The position numbers were made by a program, and so were the translations under genes. The notes beneath the pieces are model-generated. The model saw only the letters and a list, made by a program, of their open reading frames with translations. It was not told the origin of the DNA and did no database searches. A DNA stretch of 64,000 nucleotides from assembly GCA_038496445.1 (NCBI GenBank), contig JALMLS010000577.1, positions 620,001-684,000 of the forward strand, in the 5' to 3' direction. This DNA is from Trichosphaerium sp. ATCC 40318. Taxonomy: Eukaryota; Protista; Tubulinea. Below are positions 50,401 through 61,257 of the stretch, piece after piece (positions within the stretch are counted from its first letter, which is position 1; the number at the start of each line of letters is the position of its first letter).

Positions 50401-52708
50401 TATATTTAATACCAGCGTACAATTCTTGGGCCACAGGATATCAGAACAAGGAGTACTACCCAAGACATCTACAATCGAAGAAATCAGGAATATGAGAGAG
50501 CCTAACGGATTAGAAGAGTTAGAAAGATTTTTAAATGTTACCAACCACTATAGAAGGTTTATACAGGACTATGCTCGGATTACAGAACCTCTACAGAAAC
50601 TAAGGAGACAAGGAGTTAAATGGACATGGGAACAACCGCAGATAGAAGCTTATAAGGCATTGAAGGCAGCATTTACCACTCCACCAGTCCTCAAGCATCC
50701 AAACTTTAATGAAAGATTTGAACTTCATGTCGATGCATCTAACTATGCTTGTGGAGCTGTGCTAAGTCAAAAGGATGAGTCAGGAAAGGAACAACCGATT
50801 GCATACTTCTCAAAAGCTTTTTCAGAAACACAAAGGAGTTATCATACCACCGAAAGAGAGTTACTGGGCATCAAACTGGCACTGGAATATTTTAAGAATT
50901 ATTTGGCCTATTCAAAATTTAAACTCACGGTATATACAGATCATAAACCGCTAACATACCTAACAAAGATTAACTCTGTGAGACCAGTTATTGCAAGGAT
51001 CATACTCACCATACAACAATTCGATTTTGAGTTAGTATACAAACCAGGAAAGCTTCATGTGGTACCTGATGCTCTATCAAGGACACCATTTGCTACAAAA
51101 CAGGTCAATTTGATTAAGATAGGAAAGGAAGACTACAAAATTAAAGGAACGAACCAAGGATATGTGGACTGGAACAAGGAACAAAAAGCAGATATAACCA
51201 CAGCAACTTACATCGAATATTTAACGTCAGGAAAGATTAATCAGGTCATAAAGAACTCAGATAAGTTTAAAAAGTCTTTATTCTATACAAGAGTAAGAGA
51301 ACTTCGACTGAATGATGATGGAGTATTATATAGACGTACAGTACAACCGGATGGACAAGAAAGTTACCAAGTATATGTCCCTAATAATATAAATGTGAAA
51401 AGAGAAATATTCAGGCAAGGACATGATGCACCTTTAGCAGTACACTCAGGATTCGAAAAAACGTACCACAGGATAAAACAAAGATTTTACTGGCCAGGAA
51501 TGTTTACAGAAACGAAGGAATGGTGTGAGTCATGCCCATCATGCCAAAGAACTAAAACACTGAGATTAAGAAAAGCAGGATTAATGGGAGAAAATTTTAA
51601 TGTTGGAGTACCTTTTGGACTAGTCACTATGGATATCGTTGGACCACTCAACAGGACACCTAGAGGAAACACTTACCTGTTAGTGATAAATGACAACTTC
51701 ACTAAATGGGTAGAAGCTTTTGCTATGCCGGATCAGGAGGCTTTGACCATTGCCAAACTATTTGTGGACCAATGGTGTTTCAGATACGGAATTCCTAAGA
51801 AAGTGTTAACAGATCAGGGAGCTAACTTTACTGGAGAAATTATGAAGCAAGTCTATGATCTACTACACATAGACAAGCGACAAACATCAGCGTACCATGC
51901 TCAAACCGATGGACAGACAGAAAGATTCAATCATACCTTAATAGAAATGATAAGACATTTTGTAAATGAAGATCAGGATAACTGGGATGTATGGATCAAC
52001 CCTTCTCTTTTCGTGTACCGTACAGCTATTCATTCTACTACCAAGTATGAACCCTACAGGCTATTATTCGGAACAAGACCTAGGTTACCATTAGATGAAC
52101 TGGTAGGACAAGAAAACATTTTAGAAAATAAATATAATATGGCGGACTGGGCTGAAACAATTGCACATAGACTAAGAGCTGTACATGAATTAGCTAAGAA
52201 GAATATAATGGCACAGAAAAGGAAACAAGCTAAATATTATAATGAAAAAAGAAGAGAGATAGATTATGAACTGGGACAAAAAGTTTGGTTATACGTACCT
52301 TATGTCAGAGAAGGAGAAAAGAAAAAGTTGACTCAGAAATGGAAAGGACCTTACGAGATATTAGAAAGGATTGGAAGTGTTAACTACCGGCTGGACATAC
52401 CTAAAGGAAGCAAATTAAACCCTGTAGTTCATGTGGAGAGGATGAAACCTTTCATTGATTCATACCTACGGCCTACTGAAGATATTGATGTGGACCTAAG
52501 AAATATTTATACAGAAACGGCAGAAAGAGGACTTTCAGAATTAGAATCAAGTGAAGATGGAAGTGGAGAATATATACCTGGACCTGTGATGGATGGAACC
52601 AAGTCTATGCGAGATGCTAGAACAATAGCTAATAAGATAAGGGAAGAAAGTAACAAACCACAAAGAATGGAAATCGATGGAGAAGAAGAAAATAATACAA
52701 ACCTGTGA
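47408..52708 (+). CDS. Gag-Pol polyprotein (CCHC knuckle, aspartic protease, degenerate dUTPase-like insert, RT, RNase H, integrase with GPY/F)
   Basis: CGYCHKPGHIAAKC; FDTGAS; RFCLDFRELN, MPMGL, YVDD; VDAS..E..TDH; H..H..C..C, DIVGP, TDQG, TERFN; KWKGPY; intronless, 1766 aa. Confidence 0.97.
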   Translation: MAELKHDYHKYIPYLKKQQNGDWIGEWKGKKSIGDAKIGYAKKQLKFSGSLKDLPYFLNEVKRIAVDAQLSKTAYTIFLQSNLPSMAADELEDVENTPTAYVKHLCDQTLTPERLRTLNKSFNRAEMARNEEVKAWLKRVIIYGKILEKTPFELAMKFREGLPKYLDRAIRFATQSKTAQELQKYTAYDYAKIAIENSNLEDIDDVDSALLNALDYKQKDFDSRKRTGERNDWYPNKRPRQYAGHQQLNYGPENAIYSQSGDFKYWYEPKTNIRCVLNLENGFIRRYIEGTEICGYCHKPGHIAAKCWHRPSQPYQHKGKGKGYRNRGRGRGRGYYNQNQYNNRTNKRKNYPRPKARGYQPTPTYPPPRNYHPDQQEQQEPGPKPTNNNSYPPPELNVLDQKQDQVNENDIDLNKIVFNYSVPLSKTRTQYQDLQDPSQDPNRPSSLLTNSSGPTDTNTWECLVINQVDKNNRKNSNFVTFCGEEFNFINEDQAPNKPEISYSILKASCVIGNNKLETVFDTGASVSLVDLNVVRNLKKISEVKREYTRPLYTADNKIIKVYGTIVLPVKVGGVTIYQRMLVIKDFKFDVLLGMDYMNKSKCDISMSKKQIIVQGGFPIPIHTINRRYKSDNLHVFTSNDIKLSPYAQTEFNAIVPHAYNGISGYVDGHKQLIAEGVYVIHELVKPIKRSVRVMIFNGTNRRITLPKGYDLGTFELKDPEDTIHSLEDNKEEALKEINKMFTKKRTDEEIKEIYRLFRLADKKLSDKQKMMVAILHHEYKDQFSEKLVPGPTITGLKHAINTEEGKGPIALAYRYMTPMKAKLIRQEVEKLLEQGIIRESNSPWASQVVLVQKKDGKWRFCLDFRELNKITKKAVHPIPRINEMLDATAYAKFFSTYDLTSSYFQVENEERDIEKTAFSTIDGHFEFVRMPMGLKNAMATFQKMMNLTMSGLLWKLCMCYVDDVIIFSRSFTEHLIHTKLVLDRVKEKGLKLKASKSNIFNTSVQFLGHRISEQGVLPKTSTIEEIRNMREPNGLEELERFLNVTNHYRRFIQDYARITEPLQKLRRQGVKWTWEQPQIEAYKALKAAFTTPPVLKHPNFNERFELHVDASNYACGAVLSQKDESGKEQPIAYFSKAFSETQRSYHTTERELLGIKLALEYFKNYLAYSKFKLTVYTDHKPLTYLTKINSVRPVIARIILTIQQFDFELVYKPGKLHVVPDALSRTPFATKQVNLIKIGKEDYKIKGTNQGYVDWNKEQKADITTATYIEYLTSGKINQVIKNSDKFKKSLFYTRVRELRLNDDGVLYRRTVQPDGQESYQVYVPNNINVKREIFRQGHDAPLAVHSGFEKTYHRIKQRFYWPGMFTETKEWCESCPSCQRTKTLRLRKAGLMGENFNVGVPFGLVTMDIVGPLNRTPRGNTYLLVINDNFTKWVEAFAMPDQEALTIAKLFVDQWCFRYGIPKKVLTDQGANFTGEIMKQVYDLLHIDKRQTSAYHAQTDGQTERFNHTLIEMIRHFVNEDQDNWDVWINPSLFVYRTAIHSTTKYEPYRLLFGTRPRLPLDELVGQENILENKYNMADWAETIAHRLRAVHELAKKNIMAQKRKQAKYYNEKRREIDYELGQKVWLYVPYVREGEKKKLTQKWKGPYEILERIGSVNYRLDIPKGSKLNPVVHVERMKPFIDSYLRPTEDIDVDLRNIYTETAERGLSELESSEDGSGEYIPGPVMDGTKSMRDARTIANKIREESNKPQRMEIDGEEENNTNL

Positions 52709-53208
52709 AGAAGTAAAAGAGGAAATAAAACCACAAGAACGTCAAGGCTAAAAGAACTGATCCAAAGTACCTACAAGGTAATGGAGAAGTTAGGATTGGA
52801 CAAATCAAAGGAGGCGCTAAAAGATTTATTGGGAATAGGATCAAGATTTATTAGATCAGGCACCAGGAGTAAGGATTTAGAAAATGAGATTTTGTACCAG
52901 GCAGGATGTGGTCTTCTACAATTGAAAGAATGGGTTGGAGAAATGCTGGATAACTTCGATAATGAATTCAAAGAAGAACAACTACTGGCTATAAGCGACT
53001 GGTAACAAATGCGTTTAAAGAAAAGCGAAGATTTGTGATTTAATTACGTACCGACGCTAAAACAGGATCGAGGATGGTTATTAAGGCTAAACGATGCGAT
53101 AAAAATTATTAACGGTTTTGATTACAAAAATACAGACTATAAACGTACCTGGATCAAAGGAGATGATTTATAAGACGAGGGCGTCTTATCTGGGGTCCCT
53201 GGGAGATA

Positions 53209-53301
53209 TGTAACAGTGGTCAAACCAAGTAAAATAAATAAAATCACGTGGACTTACAATTTGACGACTTGTTATCTTTATCCCTAACTGACCCTTTAAC
53301 A
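53209..53301 (+). repeat. 3' LTR (93 bp)
   Basis: Identical to the 5' LTR; preceded by a short purine run (gggagata). Confidence 0.95.
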
Positions 53302-53899
53302 GTTTATACACCGTTTTGATGTGTATTTGATTATCACACGTGTACAGGAAAGTTGTAAGCTTCCACTGAAAAATTGTGTGAGATGAGTTGGTTTGGTGAC
53401 TATTTAAAGTTGAAACTTCAAAAGGGAAGCCTAGTGTGGGTTAACTTTGTTTCGATGTATCACGCCATACAAGAGTTTTAGTAAATAGCATTGAATACAT
53501 TGGATGAGTATCTTTTATCTCTGTTTTTTTTTATTTACAACTAAATCATCATGCGAGAAGACTAACTACCAACTAAGTCCAGTTATACCTCTCACACCAA
53601 CGTGAACAACAACAGATTTTTTTCCAAACAACCCTTTTGATATTACTTTGTGGTTAAGTGTACCCAAGGTCCAACTATCTCAATATTGTTGTGGACAATG
53701 TTACTATCTAAATCTGCTAGTAACTTTTCTAAGGGAGCTCAGTGTTTTACTTAGCTCTTGACAATCAAAGGTTGAAAACTCCTCAACAACTTGTACGGAT
53801 ATACTCTTTATTTTATGAAGCTTCTACTTGTACTCGGATTTTTTGTGGTTTAGTAGTTCTCTTAGAAAAAACTAGTGCAAAACTATCCAAAATCCACAA

Positions 53900-54000
53900 C
53901 TCAGTTGTAGGTGGGTTTGTAGTTGGAGGGAGCGTTGTTGGAGGAAGTGTTGTAGGTGGACGTGTTGTTGGTGGGTTTGTAGTTGGTTGCATCGTAGGCA
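53900..54000 (-). repeat. 15-bp-unit Pro/Thr coding repeat (PPTTx) in a probably decayed gene
   Basis: PTTNPPTTRPPTTLPPTTLPPTTNPPTT in ORF 53813-54037; the surrounding frames are interrupted. Confidence 0.55.
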
Positions 54001-54430
54001 TTACAAACGTTGTAGGTATAACGTTTTTACTTGACAAAATTCTTATATCAATAATACACGTGTTGGTTTAAGGTGTTCTAAATATTGTTTTGACCAACTG
54101 TACACCATATCTTGAGGGTTTTCGAGTATTGGTTATTACACGTAAGAAGGATTCACACCACGAATTCGTTTTTCTCCACACAATAGTCCGCTCCACTGGA
54201 ACTCCACATTGTAACACGAAAGTGTAATAATAACTTTACTCGAGCACTCTAAGGCAGCAATACGCTTATGAGCATTCTAAGCATTTCCACATTACAGCAC
54301 AAATGGACATAAAATTATCCCGATTCAATAGAAGTCGTACCGGGTAAAACATACACGTGTAGAATCAAATAAAATTAAAAAACCAAAGATACACAACACT
54401 ACAGACAAAGCAACATTACATCCCAATAAA

Positions 54431-55738
54431 ATGAGTAGCGAGCAGAACAGTTTAACTTCCAAATCAACTGGCGAAGATGTGGCAAGATTGTACAATTCTA
54501 ACCTTAAAGGCAAAGTAGCGGTTGTCACAGGTATGTCCAATGACCAAAAAACTGTCCACAATCACGTGACTAAAGATAAAAAACCTCAATAGGTGCCAAT
54601 GTTGGAATTGGTTATGAAACAGCTCGTGTGTTTGCTGGATGTGGTGCTAAAACATACATGGCATGTAGAAGCAAAGATAGAGCAGAAAAAGCAAAAGCAA
54701 AGCTTGTGGCAGAAGGTATTGCGGAAAACCTTTTGGTATTCCTTCCAGTGCGTTAAACACTCATTTATTATGCTTTGACAACAATTTTACCCATATTCAT
54801 TAAAAAGCTTACAAGAGTATTGTAGCTTGATTTGGGTTCTCTCGTTTCTGTTAAATCCTCAATCAAAGAGATTCATGAGAAAGAAAAGAAAATAGACTTT
54901 CTTGTGCTCAACGCAGGTACTTGCTTAACCACAGTCTTTTATTCTTGTTTTTATGTCACTAACAGTACTATTTGTAGGTATTATGGCTTGTCCTTTTGGA
55001 AAAACAGATGAAGGATTCGAGAAACAGATTGGTATTAATCACATTGGCCATTATGCTTTTGCAACAAGATTGCTTGATCTTGTTGAGAAAGGAGATAAAT
55101 CACGTGTCATTGTTCTTTCTTCTGTTGCTCATTGTAGAAGTATGTGCTTTGATTTTGCTTGCACAGGTTATTAACCATAGTGTTAGATGATGGTAAACCT
55201 CTTGTTGTGACAGACTTGAATTGGGAGAAGAGAAGTTATTCCGCATGGGATGCTTACTCAGCAAGCAAACTAGCCAATATTCTATTTGGAAAAGAACTTC
55301 AAAGAAAACTCAGTGATAAGGGATCAGAAGTAACTGTTCATTGCGTTCACCCTGGTATGGTGAACACAAACCTTCTAAGGCACCAAAAGGTTTCTGAAGG
55401 GTTTTTAGCAAACGCCAAATCACCTGCACAGGTATGTTAACTATCTAGCTCTTGGGCCATGTTCTTTTTGCTATCACATTTTCCGCATTCAGTTGTTAAT
55501 TATGTTCTATCAGGGCGCTGCTACCACTATGTACTGTGCATTAAACCCAGCACTACATAGTACTCCAGGTAGATATTATTGCGACTCAAAGGTATGGTGT
55601 TACATTGTCCTTGTTTTTTGTTGGAATACCTAACAAATTCGAAAGGAAAAAGAAGCTAGTGCACGTGCTGAAGATTCTGACCTAGCGAAACAATTGTGGG
55701 ATGTAACTGAAGCACTGGTATCCAAACACCTCATTTGA
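54431..55738 (+). CDS. Short-chain dehydrogenase/reductase, retinol dehydrogenase/WWOX-like (copy B; inverted paralog of 41820-43209)
   Basis: Same motifs and intron positions as copy A; 5' introns nearly identical. Confidence 0.92.
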
Positions 55739-56067
55739 AGAAGGGTACACTGTACGGATACTACGCATCACGCTTGTGCCAAAGTTATAAAGGCGACCAA
55801 ATAAAAGTGTCAGTACAAGAAACAACATCAAATTCTTAAACACCTAGTACGAAGAAGGATAGTACTTTCTCGGCTCAAGAGCACGGACTACTTGTGGAAA
55901 GAAAAAGACACTTTATAACGAACAATCACCTGTTTTTACTATTTTACACTATTGGGTGCTATTATACATTTAAAAAACATGTGGAACTCCTTTCCAATAT
56001 TTCAAAAAAAAAGAGCCGTTATCTTTACAATCCGCCAAAAAAATTGTTGATGGTGGTTTGGCGTTGT

Positions 56068-56515
56068 TTACTCATCATCCTCTGCGCGTTCACGCAAAAC
56101 AGCACGGTTCTTACGACTACCCCAGTCTCCGTAAACGAAACCAAACTCTAAAAAGACGTTAAATCGAGTCTTGATGATAGAAAAAGCAAGTAGACGCGTA
56201 CGATCAGGTTTAGAGAGGTTGTCGATCTTAAAGTGGCCTCTGATTTTGTTTTGAGATAAGCGTGATACGTGTTCAGCGTCGTAGTTCTCTTTTGCTTCCT
56301 TTGCAATAGCAGCGAGTTGACGAGACTAACGTTAAAGGTAAGTAACGTATAAAACATGTAAAAGCGGTTAAACCTACCCATGATCCTTTAGTCTTGATGG
56401 TGAGTGATCTCCTTGAGCGGCGGCGTGAAGTTCTTCTCTTTAGTGGGGAAGACTTTACTGTTTTGGCTTTTGAGCCTGTTTTGCGGATAGAAATTGATTT
56501 ACGTCTGCTGGACAT
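56068..56515 (-). CDS. Small protein with Arg/Lys/Ser-rich N-terminus, function unknown (3 exons)
   Basis: MSSRRKSISIRKTGSKAKTVKSSPLKRRTSRRRSRRS...KGSW / SRQLAAIAKEAKENYD...KPD / QFGFVYGDWGSRKNRAVLRERAEDDE*; phases are compatible across two GT-AG introns. Confidence 0.65.
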
Positions 56516-57227
56516 GTTGTTGATGTTGTGTGAGTTGAAATTAATGATTAGATTAGCGGGAAATTGATTTTTAACGGCAGATTTTGACATTCAAAAACCA
56601 GTAACCGTTACACGTTTTTTTTTCCTGTAAATTAATTGTTTTCGCCAAGTATAGTGATACTGTGCGTAGTAGACGTATGTCATACATGTAATAGTATGCG
56701 AGTGTTCACTACAGATTACATACAACTAACGGTTATGCATTTGTTTTTTCTTCTCAGCAAGCACGGCAAGTACGCGTTCACTCTATCTTACGCGTGAAGC
56801 ACCATTTTAACGTGTTTGTGTTTTTTAATGTACCAAATAGCCTAAAACAAAACAGAGCATCTTTTACGTTAGTAAATCTGTACTGTGACGCGTAAAGCAT
56901 GCTTCTTCAGGAGTTTTAATGCAAGCACTAAAAAGCGCCATCTAGCTGACCGATAAGCTTAATTTACAGACTCTTACCGCGTTCAAAAGCTTAAGACAAC
57001 ACTAACAGTTCTAAAGAAAGCGAAATACCACAAGGACAACTTTGTCCTACGCTTTCTGCGATTCATTAAACTATATCGGTACTGCCACTGTCAATACTAC
57101 CCTTTTATCATAGCAAATTTTGCTAACCGTTAAAAATTTCTGGGCACCTGCAAAGTGATTAAAAAAAAGCAAACCATACTGCATCTCGTTTTTGCTGTTT
57201 ATTAAATTATAGTTCACTCGATCTACT

Positions 57228-58131
57228 TTAATAATAGATGACTTGTGTGCGCTCATCTGGTTTACCCAAAACCTGAGCCTCAAGCTGTCCATTTTCATTC
57301 CATTCTCTTGCTTCTCCGTCCAGTTGGTTATCAACAAATGAACATACGCTTTTAAGCTGCCCACTTTCATACCACTCTTTGGCTTCACCATGTAGTTTAT
57401 CGTCTGCCACCATTTGTTGCAAATGAAGTTGCCCATTTTCATACCACACTTTAGCTTCACCATTCTGTCTACCATCAACCCAAGTGTCAAGGTTCTTGAG
57501 TTGCCCATTTTCGTGCCAGTCCCGAGCTTCACCATGTATCTTACCGTCAACCCAACTATTATGTCTCTTGAGTATTCCGCTTGCATACCACGCTTTGTAC
57601 TCGCCCGTTTTATTCCCATCAGCCCAAGGGACACATTCTGTGAGGTTCCCATTTTCGTACCATGCTTTCATTTCACCGTGTTGTTTAAATACACTGTCCT
57701 TTGAGTTGTCCATTTTCATACCATTGCTTTACTTCGCCATTTATCGTATTGTTTTCCCAAAAAATAAGTTCCTGTAGTTGTCCATTTTCGTACCATGCTT
57801 TGAATTCTCCTTGTCGTTTGTCGTCAACCCATATACCTTGATTTTTAACCTGTCCGTTTTCATACCACTCTGTACGTTCTCCGTTAAGTTTATCATCTAT
57901 CATTGTCTGCTGTAACTGTAGTTTAATTTGAATATACCACTTTCATAGCATTAATGACAGCACACCCGCCCATTTTTATACCAGCTTATCCATACTCCCT
58001 TACGGTTCACTAATTCATCGAAGTGTGTATTTAGCGCGGCCGTCTTCGATAACGTATGGAATTTTGTGAAGGCATGTACAAATGTAATGTTGAATTTCAT
58101 GTGGAATATCCAGTAGATTACCAGAAGACAT
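57228..58131 (-). pseudogene. Frameshifted F-box-like + MORN-variant repeat gene
   Basis: MSSGNLLDIPHEIQHYI, then FHTLSKTAALNTHFD in a different frame; further breaks near 57950 and 57700; repeats of the type GE.K.WYENGQL. Confidence 0.8.
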
Positions 58132-59049
58132 TGTTGCTTTGTGGTACTTCCTACAACAAAGCTATAAAGTGATCAGAAATAAACAACCATGTGTAAAAGG
58201 ACAGTAACATTTTAACTGACGCCATAAAATAGGAACATAGATACAATGCTACAAAAGCTATTGATAGACCATAAGTCTGTTCAATTATCACGTGAGTGAT
58301 TAAAAAACAACTTTCAGGTTTGCCCGGTATTTCTATGGACGCTGTCATTTCGTGATGACTCTATACTTACAGTACTTTGAAAAAAATAAAAGCCAAGAGA
58401 TTTCGTTGCATTTTCTTAACATGTTTAAGAAGCTATGAACAGCGTCTGAAGTTACACTCACCTTACAATAGTTTAGTATTTATGTTACTTCGCTCTGCCT
58501 GAACTGTTCATATCATTGTTGTATTGCTGAGTTAGTACGATTACTTAATAGCGTTGCTTAGGTTCCCAGAAATTTCAACGAAAGCTACAAACACGTGTTC
58601 TCGGAACAAAAATTTCAGCGAGACTTTTTCGAAAATAGTATTTCCAGATCACCAACCTTTTCCAGAACGCATGAAAGTTTGTATAAGGATGTGCAGCTTT
58701 ACAGCTGTGCTAACAGCAGTCAAGACCACTTCCTTACATTTTGTCACTAACAAAAAATAAAAGGACTATGGTAGATACTCTAGCCTGGACAATGCTATTT
58801 GTTGCAGAGCGACAATAGCTGTTGACAGTCTTGAATGACACTAGAAATCATACTGTTGGTATAATACAGTGTGCTAGTAAGGGTATAAGAAATAAAACGT
58901 TGTATGGTCAATATGTTAGCAAGTGGCTCACCAACAGTCTTCTAAAGTAAGTACTATCTGTCTTAGACTCATAACTTGCTAAAAATAGAAACCGTTTCGC
59001 ATCACATTACAGAAGTTTACTCCTACAAGTTGTTTATAACCTCATAACA

Positions 59050-60517
59050 ATGGCAGCGCAACGAAAGGTAGGTTGCACTCGTTTAAAAGGAAACTAATGC
59101 TAAAACAAGGAAAAACCTCAAACGGCATACACTACACGTCTACTAGACCTTCCAAGTGAGCTACACAAGGAAATAGCAGACTTAGACGGAGATTTATTTG
59201 TAATGTGGCCTCTACTGTCTAAACGAATGGCAACATCATCACGGTTTAATAGAAGTCTCGAAAAGAATGGTGAATGGGTTAGATGGAATAGATACTCCGA
59301 AATAGAATGTGAGTTTCATTTCCTCAACGGTAAGAAACACGGAGAGGCAAAGAAGTGGTACTGTAATGGACAGATGGCACCAAAGGAGGTGTATGTCAAC
59401 GGTTTACACCATGGTGAGAGCATATCTTGGCATATGAAGAGGCAGTCTGCAACTGGTGAACAAGGTCAAATCAAAAATCACTTTCATTTTATCGAAGGGA
59501 AATTATCAGGAGATTATAAAAAATGGCATGAAAATGGGCAATTACGCTTGCACACGACTTATATCGATGATGAGAAGCAAGGAGAGTTTAAGCAGTGGTA
59601 CAATAATGGGCAGTTAAGGATTGCAACTTCGTACATTGGCGGGCAAGAGAACGGCGAGCATACGGTTTGGTATAAAGAGGGACAACGCAAATCGCATGGC
59701 ATGTGGGTCAATGGTGAGCAAAATGGAGAACACAAATCATGGCACGATAACGGACAAATAAAATCACGCGGTTTGTGGGTTAACGGTAAACAAACTGGTG
59801 ACTTCAGGGTTTGGTATGCGGATGGAAAAATAGTTTCCCAAACCACGTGGGTTGATGGTAAACAGGACGGAGAACACAAAGCGTGGTATAGTAATGACCA
59901 ACTCATGACAAGTTCTCTATGGGTCGATGGTAAGCTAAATGGGGAATATAGCGAGTGGTATGAGAACGGACAGTTGAAAGGACTGGTAATGTTTGTCAAT
60001 GGTAAGGAAAATGGAGCCTACAAAGAATGGTACCAAAATGGTCAGTTGAAACGTGTCCGCATTTTTCTCGATGGTATAAGACATGGATCTCACAAGGAGT
60101 GGTGGGAGCATGGCCAACTAGCAAAGCAATATGAAATGGTTGACGGTAAAAAGGAAGGGGAATACAAGGAGTGGCATCTCAATGGTAAACTAGAAACTCT
60201 TTGTCATTTCGCAAATGATTTGAGAGAAGGAGTACAAAAAGTGGAATCACAAAGGACACCTGAAGGAGAAGTGTACTTATGTGAATGGAGAACTAGAAGG
60301 GGAGTATGAAAGTTGGTTTCATGATAATACAAGCCAATACAAAACGCATACTACCTATGTCAGTGGAAAGCTAGAAGGGACGTACAGATGTTGGCATTCT
60401 AATGGTAAATTGATGGAACATAGTCAATATGTCAGTGGAATAGTAACTGGATTATTCAAGACCTGGGATAGTGATGGTGTATTGCTCCAATGTTGGACTG
60501 ACATTAAGGTGGATTGA
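59050..60517 (+). CDS. F-box-like + MORN-variant (YwqK-like) repeat protein, with a frameshift near 60230
   Basis: Short 5' exon/intron, RLLDLPSELHKEIA, many WY.NGQL / DGK..GE repeats. The repeats continue in another frame (EYKKWNHKGHL...) to 60517. Confidence 0.8.
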
Positions 60518-61257
60518 ATACTATGAAAATCATTGATGGCACTCACATTGCATCTAGTCGTTGTGACAAACTTAGGTCCTTGTAAATACAACTAAAACAT
60601 GTACATACTAATTTAAATTGAACGTTTTGAATATTCTGTTTCAGTCTCGTGCTTTGAACACGTTTTGTTTTTTATTCCTGTGTGGGCAGTAACGCACTAA
60701 TAAGTGTACAACAAGCATGAATTTATGTCACATCCACGGAACTGAGAAATATGTAAGTTAATGAGAAGTTCATCAATTGACAATCTCATAACTCAAAGTT
60801 TAGTCCAAACTAATGTCTGGTCCAATTGTACGGATAAATACGTTCACGCCATGATGGAATGATCAATGTCAATACCAATATCACAATCACAAGTAATATA
60901 ACAAGTACAGTGAAAACTGCTACAGGTACTATAGGAAAATCAGAACCACCATCTGGTTGAGATGAAGATGAAGAAAACAAAATAACTTTCCACGTGTATC
61001 TACAAGTTATTTTAAGGAAAGGCTATAACTTTGGTTTCACTATCAAGAGTATCACTTGCTTTCTGGAAAGCATGAGTTGATATTGTCTATAAGCGAGATG
61101 TTTTGTTGGTCAACGACACAATCATCTCTGAAGTTAATCAATGGCAGCATATCGATTTCCTGGAACAGCAACTTCATATAATCTCGAATTACAAATCTAA
61201 GTGAACATTGGTTTTACAAAGGCAAAAAGTTGGAAAAAAATGCTTGGGAGCTTGGCT

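Larger units (their letters stand above)
47189..53301 (+). mobile_element. Full-length Ty3/Gypsy LTR retrotransposon
   Basis: Identical TG...CA LTRs, 4-bp TSD GTTT (47185-47188 and 53302-53305), PBS right after the 5' LTR, single gag-pol ORF in PR-RT-RH-IN order. Confidence 0.97.

Noticed and set aside
52706-53172. Alternative genetic code (stop reassignment) suggested by in-frame stops after pol
   Set aside because: TAA, TAG and TGA all terminate conserved host genes in this window, and conserved exons contain no internal stops.
56273-56590. Histone H2B/H1 call for the basic ORF
   Set aside because: The spliced product has no histone-fold or winged-helix signature.
59559-59999. Long antisense ORFs (also 2392-2793, 48074-48541, 57414-57777, 61280-61531)
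   Set aside because: Shadow frames of real repetitive or compositionally biased coding sequence on the opposite strand.
59203-60309. MORN/YwqK genes as bacterial antitoxins or contamination
   Set aside because: They have a spliceosomal 5' intron and an F-box-like N-terminus, and are embedded among intron-rich genes. The YwqK label only reflects the repeat type.
60530-61200. Minus-strand TM-encoding fragment (VPVAVFTVLVILLVIVILVLTLII), and exon-like pieces at 62700-63500, 41100-41760 and 30700-31240
   Set aside because: I could not assemble consistent spliced ORFs or assign a family; they may be relics or unresolved genes.
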